From Caldisericia bacterium (GTDB lineage: Bacteria > Caldisericota > Caldisericia > UBA6126), in contig JAQVSG010000005.1 in NCBI GenBank assembly GCA_028700655.1, positions 1,702 to 65,701 of the forward strand: 64,000 nucleotides of DNA. Direction: 5' to 3'. The position numbers were made by a program, and so were the translations under genes. Shown here piece after piece: positions 57,101 through 64,000 of the stretch (position 1 is the stretch's first letter; every line of letters begins with the position of its first letter). The notes under the pieces are model-generated. The model was given only the letters and a program-made list of their open reading frames with translations, made no database searches and was not told where the DNA came from.

Positions 57101-59945
57101 GTAAAGTATTCTTCTTTGTAATGTAGATGCGCCCTATAGTTAAACCAATCGCATGAACCATCAGGCAGGCATTGTAAGGAAGAAATGTGAGTTGCAAAAA
57201 GGATTGCAACAATACTGCAGGAAGACCCGATATTTCTCGCTTATAATTCTTGTATTTACGGCGCCAAAAATGGGTGCTAAAAATCTGGTCGAGTGATTGA
57301 ATGAAAAATGGTATGAACAAAGACATGAAAACAATCCCCACCCACACAAACCAATTTCTGGAAAGAATAGTAAAGGTAGCTAATAGTAAAACAAGAAGAG
57401 AAGGCGCAAACAAACTCCGCCGTAAGTTGTCAAACATTTTCCATCGCGATAGAAGTGTAAGAGGATTACGTACAATTTGCTCATTCCGGTTTTTTATTCT
57501 CCTCCAAAGAAAGGGAAATAGTTGCCAATCTCCCCGAACCCATCGGTGAACTCGGGAGGTATAAGACAAAAGGGTGGAGGGATAAGAGTCCAAGAATCGT
57601 AAGTCTGTAACAAGCCCTGTTCGAACATAAGAACCTTCTAGTAAATCGTGACTAAGAACTGCGTTTTCAGGTAAAGCCATCTTGAGAATTCTCTGAAACA
57701 CCTGTAAATCATAGATTCCTTTTCCGGTATAAATTCCTTCTCCAAAGAGATCTTGGTATACATCTGAAATGGCATTGGCATACGGGTCAATTCCTTTTTG
57801 CCCGGTACATATTTCAGAGAATAAAGACTTGGTAGTACTTTCAATGGTAACATCAATACGGGGTTGCATAATCGTATACCCATCTGTCACAATCCCTTTT
57901 TCTTCATCAATCAAGGGTTGATTCAAAGGGTGTGCCATGGTAGCAATCAGTTTTTTCGCTGTACCTAGAGGTAAAATGGTATCGCTATCTAGAGTGATAA
58001 TGTACTTGACATGAGAAAAGGGAAGATTTTTACAAGACATATGAGAAAAACTCGTATGTGTAGATCCCATTACCAAATCGTTAAACTCGATAAGAGCACC
58101 GCGCTTCCTCTCCCATCCAATCCAAATATTGTTCTTTTTATTGTACTGACTTTTACGATGAAAAAAATAGAATATATCCTGCGCTTTGTTTTGGCAATAC
58201 TTCTTATTTAGTCCTTCAATTCCTTTTAATGCCTGCTGAACAATCTTTTCTCCATCTTTTACTTGTGGTTCTGATGAATCCTTATACGCCCCAACAAGAG
58301 CAAAGAATAAGTTTTCTTCTCGGTTTGATAAATACTGTTTCTCGATCTTATGCAACAATTCATGAACTGTATCCACATCTGGTAGTAAAGAAGGAGTAAC
58401 AACAATAGTGGTTAAAGAAAGTGGAATCCCTTCTTCTAAAGACAATCTCGGAAAAGAAGTGGGAGGAAGAATCTTGCATATAAACCAATGCAGTATGTGA
58501 ATCACAATTTCTGAGACAGGTATCCATACAATCAACCCTATCACAATCGCATCGAATACTGGATGTAATGAAATACCAAGCGGGATACCATAATAGATTA
58601 CAATTCCTGTTAAAAGAAAGGTCAGTGTACTAATAACTGTTAGATAAAGAGTTGTCATTAAATGTGGATTCTTCTTTTGAGGAAGATGTCGTTTCGGGCC
58701 CTTTTGTTTCTGTACTAGGTCTCTTTTTCCATCTCCGACAATATAATATCCAACATGAGTCTTCTTTCTATGATAGGGATCAACAACTGATAAATCCCTT
58801 GAACTCTTTCTCGCCATTTCAGCTAACTCAATAGCTTCTTTCGCAAGGTGAACTTCAGAAACATGCAACTGGATGGCAGCCTCTTCAATAATGGATCGGT
58901 AACGATATCTGGTAGCCACATCCATGGCAGGATAAGTCCCGTCTGGATCTTGGCGAAGGATCATATCAACGATACTCACAGAATCAAATAAAATCGACCA
59001 ATCAAACGTGGAAAAATACCGCAAACTCGTCACACAGTTTCCCACAGATACGGTGTGAAGCGATTGCATACTGTGTACTTTTCGGGCAACATCCTCGGTG
59101 GTTGTACCCAGCTTAGAAAGACGTTCATTCATTTCCTGCAATATGGAAATGTAACTTCGACCCGATCTTCGTAGATGGTAGAATAAATGCTCTATAAAAA
59201 GAGGGTTGGTGCCATCGATCGCAGCCAAACTTTCTTTAAAGTATCGCATTCCTTTGCTCGTGTCAATAACATCATTGTGCATCCAGTCTTCAAAAACAGT
59301 GTCTGCTTTATACCATTGCTGTTGGGTATTCTGAATTTTCTCACACAAATTGCGAATCGTTTCAATGATGGCAAGTTTTAAAAAAACAGGCAAAGCCCAT
59401 ATTTCTCGATCATAAAGAACGCTATGGGATTGATACGATTCAATATAGTGTGTAAGTACATCTTCATTTAACTGACCATCGGTGTGAGCAACCAATTCCA
59501 TAGAAACAGCAAATATTCTTGCGTAGCCCTGAAATGGACCGGATTGTATGACAGGTAGGCGTTGATAATTCTTCTTTACAAAATCCTTTCGGATTTGCTT
59601 CATTTGCTCCTCGATCATATAGAAGTTATCAAGAAGCCATTCTGCTGCAGGGGGTACGGATTTCTTTCCCCGTACATCCTTGTTAAGAGAAGTATATACA
59701 GAAAAAATATACTTGTAATTTGCTTTCATCCGAGGAATGGGATGATGAAGAGTACCCTTTTGAATAGATATAGAGTGCTCGATTGCGTTCTTTATGGCAT
59801 AGTCCCACAATTCTTCACTGGATAACGCTGCATCTCGGATATACAACTTTTGAGTGCTCCCAGCTCTTCGCAAGAGATATTGCAAAAGAATTCCGCTACA
59901 TAAGAGAAGGATAAAAATTCCGATCCATATCCAATAAAACTGCAT
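51177..59945 (-). CDS. cgs: Cyclic beta-1,2-glucan synthase (Cgs/NdvB-like: GT84 + central domain + GH94 phosphorylase-like)
   Basis: It is 2922 aa with N-terminal TM helices. The GT84-type region reads WIGWERKRGALIEFN...IITLDSDTILP...MQPRI. The C-terminal GH94-type region reads FRDQLQDC...GDVQHWWHE...DDRLWLPYA. Its size matches the Brucella/Agrobacterium enzymes. Confidence 0.88.
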   Translation of the reverse strand: MQFYWIWIGIFILLLCSGILLQYLLRRAGSTQKLYIRDAALSSEELWDYAIKNAIEHSISIQKGTLHHPIPRMKANYKYIFSVYTSLNKDVRGKKSVPPAAEWLLDNFYMIEEQMKQIRKDFVKKNYQRLPVIQSGPFQGYARIFAVSMELVAHTDGQLNEDVLTHYIESYQSHSVLYDREIWALPVFLKLAIIETIRNLCEKIQNTQQQWYKADTVFEDWMHNDVIDTSKGMRYFKESLAAIDGTNPLFIEHLFYHLRRSGRSYISILQEMNERLSKLGTTTEDVARKVHSMQSLHTVSVGNCVTSLRYFSTFDWSILFDSVSIVDMILRQDPDGTYPAMDVATRYRYRSIIEEAAIQLHVSEVHLAKEAIELAEMARKSSRDLSVVDPYHRKKTHVGYYIVGDGKRDLVQKQKGPKRHLPQKKNPHLMTTLYLTVISTLTFLLTGIVIYYGIPLGISLHPVFDAIVIGLIVWIPVSEIVIHILHWFICKILPPTSFPRLSLEEGIPLSLTTIVVTPSLLPDVDTVHELLHKIEKQYLSNREENLFFALVGAYKDSSEPQVKDGEKIVQQALKGIEGLNKKYCQNKAQDIFYFFHRKSQYNKKNNIWIGWERKRGALIEFNDLVMGSTHTSFSHMSCKNLPFSHVKYIITLDSDTILPLGTAKKLIATMAHPLNQPLIDEEKGIVTDGYTIMQPRIDVTIESTTKSLFSEICTGQKGIDPYANAISDVYQDLFGEGIYTGKGIYDLQVFQRILKMALPENAVLSHDLLEGSYVRTGLVTDLRFLDSYPSTLLSYTSRVHRWVRGDWQLFPFLWRRIKNRNEQIVRNPLTLLSRWKMFDNLRRSLFAPSLLVLLLATFTILSRNWFVWVGIVFMSLFIPFFIQSLDQIFSTHFWRRKYKNYKREISGLPAVLLQSFLQLTFLPYNACLMVHAIGLTIGRIYITKKNTLQWTAAAIVEKHQKNTILRYVVSLSACFIMAVIFSGLALFFQPNLVMISIWFSIIWALAPFIGYSISMDRIEETVDMTEEKRQDLRIIARKTWRYFEEFMNEKNHFLPPDNYQTDPPKGIAYRTSPTNIGLGLLSVLSARDFGFIPTTEMMKRIEKTIASIEEVDTWNGHLPNWIDTRTLKSLQPTYISTVDSGNLLTYLITLREGLKEYLHKPIITLDFLQSIRDTLLCAGEEGAECNTSMMLCFTFPLIEPINLGSWQDVIDQLYDYPVFDQMKETPWKPKVKQMVQMLYQEFHDYLPDMNLFRKIPLDLRESKVTPKITSLVHKIRETCEKNHVFAELPMFYEDIIRHIETIEKLAQKEEPDELKEGFVWLSSVKKSLQTSVENIRACLTRYQILLERIDTIADAMDFIPLYSKRKKLFSIGYAMESQKRTNSFYDLMASEARQTSYACIAKGVVPATHWFRLDRTLTTVDGYKGLVSWTGTMFEYLMPLLIMKKYSHTLLDESYFFALHCQKKYAKQRKMPWGASESAFNSLDKNHDYQYKAIGIPWLGLKRGLMKDAVVAPYATFLALMVDPKAALNNIEELKKAGLEGAYGFYEAADYTPERLSFENQRKIVKTLMSHHQGMSFVALNNFLHDNIMQKRFHNDPSMDSASVLLQEKSPVNFVLTKDAKKNYEHDEKVISRQSTSIRVFDSPNLLLPKIHLLSNGNYSIMLTDKGTGYSQTKMMAITRWREDISLDSYGMFFYIRNVNTNDCWSATYAPLMNTPKDYRVVFTSDKVLYKRVDGFIETQTEVVITSGEPLEIRRLTFRNTGKETCLLEITSYYEVVLTTFSDDVAHPCFSNLFVKTEARPDLHCILANRRPRAETDKSAWLAHSVVTSKSNMGDVQYETDRMKMIGRGHTVQNPVSIEKGHFLSNSVGAVLDPVMSLRTMVELEPSKEMTLSFVSVVGASRESVLSKIQRYASADEIESAFQLALTRSHVETNYLNLDANEVELYQNMLSHIVMMSPSRKKYAEKIMCNEKGQSALWRYGISGDHPIVLVCLRKDEPMHILYDILQAHEYWHLMDLKVDLVLLVDEEISYHLPLKRLVSDIVSSRQTIGATKERKDIFILDTHSVLPEDIPLLYAVARMVLKSDVRSLDEQMLEPSPLPSMKMVPYTTKSEFPSMDFDTSSLQCFNGLGGFSESGMEYKIILRHEYCTPAPWINVIANQTFGFIVSDLGSGYTWYGNSRENKLTPWSNDTVSDPPGEIIYIRDDDTGVFWSITPLPIRQKTPYRVTHGFGYSVFEHSSCGVRHTCTQFVPMNEPVKISLISLHNDSSETKTFTITNYIRPVLGVTDQSTALHIRTSYGSPCNLLIENPYNEDYPHHVAFLTSSLNNLSMTGDRQEFFGAGSMEQPECLLHKELSGALGVGFDPCASVQGSIQLEPNETKEFVFVFGMGSSQKEATRLAQKYRRIKKSKNSLEEVQEFWNDATHTVHVQTPDETMDLMINGWLLYQVISCRLWARSAFYQSGGAYGFRDQLQDCISIAHIAPSLSRSQILLHAQHQFIEGDVQHWWHEPSGKGTRTRITDDRLWLPYATAEHIRITGDMEILQEVIPYLESPPLQDDEEERYEKPNCSKESSSLFEHCIRAIEISLQFGSHGLPLMGTGDWNDGMNTIGNKGKGESVWLGWFLYSVLDLFVPLCQKMGDERKARKYVRWMDSIQKAIEKHAWDGYWYRRAYFDNGTMVGSIVNKECKIDSIAQSWAVLSGAADTKRAAQAMQSVEDHLVLREDGIITLLFPPFDSGETEPGYIKGYMPGVRENGGQYTHAAAWVMIAYTKLGLGNKAWEMFSMLNPIHHTSNIKEYSKYKAEPYVVAADVYSQPPNVGRGGWTWYTGSASWLYRAGLEFILGFQKRANEIVIEPCIPEYWKEYSIDYQYYDTIYKISVLNPECVQKGVRLVIVDGFPIKDNRIPLFNDHKEHTVKVFMGTLE

Positions 59946-60128
59946 TTTACATCCTAACTAAGATCATTAATTCAAATCATCAAAAAGATAAACGTTTTCA
60001 TGTAAAACGATATTACTCACTTGTATAATGTTCTACGTGTATTGTAGCATATCCATCAAAAATATGGTTTATGAAAGATACAAACCATGAATGAAATGCA
60101 TGTCTTCAAACTTGGATAAAACGTTCGA

Positions 60129-60596
60129 CTAGTATACTCTCTTCTTCTGTCTGTGCAATGTATGACGCTTGCACAGAAAAGTCAATCCAATACCACACAT
60201 ACTGCCGATACTATCAATCAGAACATCGGACCATTGAGCGCCTCGCCCGGGTACAAATGCTTGGTGAAATTCGTCAGACATTGCATACAATACACAAGCC
60301 AAAACAACACCTATCCATTTCTTTTTCCTGTTCCACTTTTCCCCCTCAAGAGACTGGGTAAAGAAGATACCTAGCACAAAATAGAGAAAAAAATGAGCCA
60401 ATTTTCGCAAGGGAGAGTGGATGTCGGTTGTTTGCATTTCCAAACAAGGGCAAATTTTCTCAACAATTTGAACAATCCAAACAGCAGTATCAGAGCTTAA
60501 AGCTTTGGAATCAACAGCGGGTTGCTCCGATAAAAAAAAGATGAGCAACATCCAAAGCACTACAAGAATCCATTGAATCGTTTTTTTCTTCTTCAT
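60129..60596 (-). CDS. VanZ-family membrane protein
   Basis: It has four TM helices. RKLAHFFLYFVLG and DEFHQAFVPGRGAQWSDVLIDSIG are typical of the VanZ-like family. Confidence 0.75.
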   Translation of the reverse strand: MKKKKTIQWILVVLWMLLIFFLSEQPAVDSKALSSDTAVWIVQIVEKICPCLEMQTTDIHSPLRKLAHFFLYFVLGIFFTQSLEGEKWNRKKKWIGVVLACVLYAMSDEFHQAFVPGRGAQWSDVLIDSIGSMCGIGLTFLCKRHTLHRQKKRVY

Positions 60597-60670
60597 ATAC
60601 TCATTGTACCAAAAAAAGATGGAATTCGATGATGGGGGAATACGCGGCCTTCAGTTAGCAAGTCAATTCA

Positions 60671-60679
60671 TGCTATAAT
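60671..60679 (+). promoter_or_regulatory. Extended -10 promoter element (TGcTATAAT) for the ABC operon
   Basis: TGCTATAAT lies about 45 nt upstream of the ATG at 60724, in the divergent intergenic region. Confidence 0.4.
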
Positions 60680-60723
60680 ACTTCTAGTATTTTCATGGAC
60701 ACAGATGAATACCAGGAGCTAAA

Positions 60724-61521
60724 ATGATTGAAGTTTTGCATTTGCGAAAGCAATTTAAAGTATACGAGCGAAAAGAAAGCTTGCGAGACTCTATCTCTTC
60801 TTTCTTTTTCCCTAAATGGAAATGGGTACATGCTTTAGAAGATGTCTCGTTCCATATCAATCCTGGGGAAATCATTGGCTATATTGGCCCTAACGGAGCT
60901 GGCAAATCCACTACTCTCAAGATAATGAGTGGAATTCTTCTTCCTACATCTGGCACCTGCAAAGTGATGGGAATGATTCCCTGGAAAAACCGCATTGAGT
61001 ATGTCCGTCAAATTGGTGTTGTCTTTGGGCAGCGATCGCAGCTCTGGTGGGACGTTCCCGTACTCGATTCTTTTCTTTTGTTAAAAGAAATCTACCGCGT
61101 AGAAGAAGGACGATACAAGAAATCCCTTGCGATGCTGGTCGATATTTTACAGTTGCAGGATCTTTTGTCCAAACCTGTGCGGCAGTTAAGTCTGGGACAA
61201 CGAATCAAATGTGAAATCGCAGCCTCTCTTCTTCATCAGCCCTCCATACTATTTCTTGACGAACCCACCATAGGATTGGATGCAGTAGCCAAAATCGCAA
61301 TTCGGAAATTCATTCAAAGGATCAACCACGAAAACAAGGTAACCGTTATACTCACCACCCACGATATGCATGATATCGAAGCCCTGACAAATCGAGTAAT
61401 TCTCATTGGAAAAGGAAGAACACTTTTTGATGGCAATGTATCGCTTTTAAAAGAAAATTATACAACCGATCAGAGCATTGAAGAAATCATTGCACAGGTG
61501 TACACAGAGTATGAGATATAG
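60724..61521 (+). CDS. ABC transporter ATP-binding protein (ABC-2/COG4586-like)
   Basis: Walker A GPNGAGKST, signature LSLGQRIK and Walker B LFLDEPTIGLD are present. Confidence 0.88.
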   Translation: MIEVLHLRKQFKVYERKESLRDSISSFFFPKWKWVHALEDVSFHINPGEIIGYIGPNGAGKSTTLKIMSGILLPTSGTCKVMGMIPWKNRIEYVRQIGVVFGQRSQLWWDVPVLDSFLLLKEIYRVEEGRYKKSLAMLVDILQLQDLLSKPVRQLSLGQRIKCEIAASLLHQPSILFLDEPTIGLDAVAKIAIRKFIQRINHENKVTVILTTHDMHDIEALTNRVILIGKGRTLFDGNVSLLKENYTTDQSIEEIIAQVYTEYEI

Positions 61522-62335
61522 ACAATCCAATGTTCGATCGTACATTGCCTATTTTTTTCTGCAAATCAAACAAGGACTGCAATACAGAACAGCGGCTATT
61601 GCCGGAGCGATCACTCAATTCTGCTGGGGATTTATGCTTCTTTTCATCTTCCAGGCTTTTTATCAAAGCAATATCCAGACTCAACCCATCAGTTACACAC
61701 AAGTCGTTCAAATCATCTGGCTTCAGCAGGCATTTCTCGCATTTTTTGTATTGTGGTTTCGAGACAACGACATCTTTACTATGATTCTTACTGGCTCTAT
61801 TGCTTATGAATTGTGTCGTCCTATTCATTTGTATTCGTTCTGGTTTGTCAAACTTATTTCGGCCAGGCTTTCCAGTGCCTCCCTGCGGTGCATGCCCATT
61901 CTGCTAGTGGCTGCTTTTCTTCCTGCCCCCTATTCTCTCAAGCTTCCTCCCACGATGGAGCATTTTCTTTATTTTTTCCTTACCTTGTTTCTTGGGCTTG
62001 TTCTTCTGGTCACCATTTCTATGTTTGTCTACATCTCCACTTTCTATACATATTCTGCTGTTGGCTCTATGCTCCTTTTTGCTGTATTTGGTGAGTTCTT
62101 TGCAGGACTGATTATACCTGTTCCACTCATGCCACTATGGCTACAAAAAATTGTCTATGCTCTTCCTTTTCGATATACATGCGATGTTCCATTTCGAATT
62201 TATGCTGGCCATATTGGCATCCCTGAAGCAATCGTAAGTATATTTATTCAACTAGGTTGGATTCTTCTTCTTGTTGTACTTGGTCGGCTTTTACTCCAAA
62301 AATCACTCCAAAGAGTGGTTGTTCATGGTGGATAA
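61511..62335 (+). CDS. ABC-2 family transporter permease (COG4587-like)
   Basis: It has six TM helices. The ATG at 61511 overlaps the ATPase gene stop by 11 nt. The family assignment rests on topology and operon context. Confidence 0.68.
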   Translation: MRYRQSNVRSYIAYFFLQIKQGLQYRTAAIAGAITQFCWGFMLLFIFQAFYQSNIQTQPISYTQVVQIIWLQQAFLAFFVLWFRDNDIFTMILTGSIAYELCRPIHLYSFWFVKLISARLSSASLRCMPILLVAAFLPAPYSLKLPPTMEHFLYFFLTLFLGLVLLVTISMFVYISTFYTYSAVGSMLLFAVFGEFFAGLIIPVPLMPLWLQKIVYALPFRYTCDVPFRIYAGHIGIPEAIVSIFIQLGWILLLVVLGRLLLQKSLQRVVVHGG

Positions 62336-63130
62336 ATGAAACTGTATTTTCGATACATCTCCATGCTGCTCAAATGCCAAATGGAATACCGTACATCGTT
62401 TCTCCTTCTATCATTTGCTCAGTTTTTTGTACCGTTTCTCATTTTTGTTTCCATCTATCTTTTGTTCCAACGATTCCCAACAATTGCAGGTTGGAACCTT
62501 TATGAAGTTGCTTTCTGTTACGGTATCATCCATATAGGTTTTTCAATTAGTGAATGTATTGGAAGAGGTTTTGATTCCTTTTCTCCATTGGTTCGAAAAG
62601 GACTTCTGGATCGATTTCTTTTACGACCTCAATCCATCATACTGCAGATATTAGGCTCTCAATTTGAGTTTACTCGCATTGGTCGCTTGCTCCAAAGCAT
62701 TATGGTGCTTGGTTTTGCCATTATTCATTTGGACATTGTATGGAATTTTCAAGCCATACTGACACTGATCTTTATGATCGTGGGAGGTGTTTTCATCTTC
62801 ATAGGAATCTTCATGCTGGGAGCAACATTGTGTTTCTGGACTATTGAAGGCATAGAACTAGTAAACATTCTCACCGATGGAGGTAGAGAAATCTCTCAAT
62901 ATCCACTTAACATCTATCCAGAGGGTATTCGACGTTTTTTTACGTTTATCATCCCTTTTGGTGTTGTGAACTACATACCACTGCTATTTCTATTAGGAAA
63001 AATACAAACCTCTTCACTGGTTGTATCAATACTATACACAGCAACCCCTCTTGCAGGGATTGGTTTCGTTTTCCCTTGCATCTTCATATGGAATCTAGGA
63101 TTGCGTCACTATTCATCTACTGGAACGTAA
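62336..63130 (+). CDS. ABC-2 family transporter permease (COG3694-like)
   Basis: Its start abuts the previous stop. It has six TM helices and is the second permease of an ATPase-plus-two-permease triad. Confidence 0.68.
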   Translation: MKLYFRYISMLLKCQMEYRTSFLLLSFAQFFVPFLIFVSIYLLFQRFPTIAGWNLYEVAFCYGIIHIGFSISECIGRGFDSFSPLVRKGLLDRFLLRPQSIILQILGSQFEFTRIGRLLQSIMVLGFAIIHLDIVWNFQAILTLIFMIVGGVFIFIGIFMLGATLCFWTIEGIELVNILTDGGREISQYPLNIYPEGIRRFFTFIIPFGVVNYIPLLFLLGKIQTSSLVVSILYTATPLAGIGFVFPCIFIWNLGLRHYSSTGT

Positions 63131-63149
63131 TGCTTAAAAAAAGGAAAAC

Positions 63150-63974
63150 CTAATACCAACTTAAAGAACCTTCTTTTCGAGCCTGATTAAAACTATATTG
63201 GAAAAATAGTAAACCGCATGTAATAGTAACAAGAGCAAAGATGCACAATATAAGTAATTCTTGAGAAACATCTGCCAAAGTAGCATGTAAAAGAGTAGCT
63301 TTTCGAAGTGCTGATATCGCATAGGTAGGCGGCAATATTTTGCTCAGAGCTTGCAAATACGAAGGAAGAATATCAACAGGATAATAAATTCCAGATAACA
63401 ATCCTGTCAATAAACCTAAAATCCAGCTAATGGGGTCGCCTCGTTTATATCGCATAATGAATCCTGCACTCAACATCCCAATACCCATCATAGCAATGGA
63501 ACTAACCACCAAAATCACCACAGAAGTAAGGATATTGGCATTCAGTTTAACATTGAAAAAGAGATTGTAGATCACAATAGATAAAACCATATTAATGATG
63601 GTAATCAGGTAATTCCAGATTGAGGAAAAAACAAGTATTTGCCACAATGGTGTTTTGGATACAAACAGTTGTTCCAAAGTACCCAAACTTTGTTCTTCAC
63701 TAATTGTTTCGGCAAAAGAAGATTGACCCACACTCATCAATCCAACATATATAGTACCAATCACCAGAAAAGAAAGATAGTTTCCACCCATAGAACTTAA
63801 TTTTGGATTGAATGTTTGCAAATCCAGGAAATTCACCATGAAATAAAAGGATATCAATGAAAAGAAAACCGATACGATAGACAATACAAGCTGGATTTTG
63901 TAACTAATAAAAACAAGAAATCCTCGTTTTACAAAGACAAAGAACTTCCGAAAAAAAACAATGACTCTGTTCAT
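63150..63974 (-). CDS. ABC-2 type transporter permease (Wzm/TagG/NodJ-like)
   Basis: It has six TM helices in about 274 aa and the pattern typical of ABC-2 exporters. Its start ATG overlaps the stop of an upstream ORF (ATGA). Confidence 0.72.
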   Translation of the reverse strand: MNRVIVFFRKFFVFVKRGFLVFISYKIQLVLSIVSVFFSLISFYFMVNFLDLQTFNPKLSSMGGNYLSFLVIGTIYVGLMSVGQSSFAETISEEQSLGTLEQLFVSKTPLWQILVFSSIWNYLITIINMVLSIVIYNLFFNVKLNANILTSVVILVVSSIAMMGIGMLSAGFIMRYKRGDPISWILGLLTGLLSGIYYPVDILPSYLQALSKILPPTYAISALRKATLLHATLADVSQELLILCIFALVTITCGLLFFQYSFNQARKEGSLSWY

Positions 63975-64000
63975 GCGATTGTTTTTGTTTCTTCTTCTTT
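63971..64000 (-). CDS. 3' end of an upstream ORF (likely the cognate ABC ATPase), truncated by the window edge
   Basis: The minus strand reads ...KEEETKTIA then TGA, overlapping the permease ATG. Only 9 codons are visible, so the function is inferred from context alone. Confidence 0.35.
   Translation of the reverse strand, partial: KEEETKTIA

Noticed and set aside
60075-60105. Weak hairpin ATGGTTT-(11 nt)-AAACCAT downstream of vanZ, considered as a terminator
   Set aside because: The stem is only 7 bp and AT-rich with a large loop, so it is too weak to call without a folding calculation.

Overview
This is an AT-rich, densely coding bacterial chromosomal segment with about 60 genes, many joined by ATGA/TAATG overlaps, read in the standard genetic code. 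I found no rRNA, CRISPR array, transposase, integrase, phage gene or recognisable defence gene.

Most of the content is housekeeping:
- an FtsA-less division cluster (ftsQ-like, ftsZ, an unknown membrane protein, yggS, sepF)
- an ECF sigma / anti-sigma pair
- guaB, ddl, pyrG, uvrA, ahcY, smpB, pyrF-pyrE-thyX and tldD/pmbA
- two tRNA-Arg genes
- a DUF362-buk-ptb-buk-NTPase cluster
- HtrA and a six-SH3b cell-wall amidase
- amino-acid and ABC-2 transporters, and mntP
- an RRM RNA-binding protein
- a 2922-aa cyclic beta-1,2-glucan synthase

The most system-like and least explained locus is a 10-gene [FeFe]-hydrogenase operon at 36808-44872. It stands out for four reasons:
- It has a DRTGG / RsbW-like ATPase / DRTGG triad at its 5' end.
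- It encodes two non-identical NuoE/NuoF flavoprotein modules in tandem, where characterised enzymes have one.
- Its thioredoxin-like ferredoxin domains lack cysteines, and both NuoF-like subunits lack the C-terminal ferredoxin domain.
- The HydA H-cluster L1 motif reads TSCSPGW instead of TSCCPxW.

Lineage cannot be assigned from the sequence alone. The FtsA-less ftsQ-ftsZ...yggS-sepF synteny and the RRM protein recall Actinobacteria and Cyanobacteria-related lineages. The hydrogenase accessory gene order and the wall-protein domains look Firmicutes/Thermoanaerobacter-like.

All functional calls come from motif recognition by eye on the supplied translations. No database search, alignment or RNA folding program was run.
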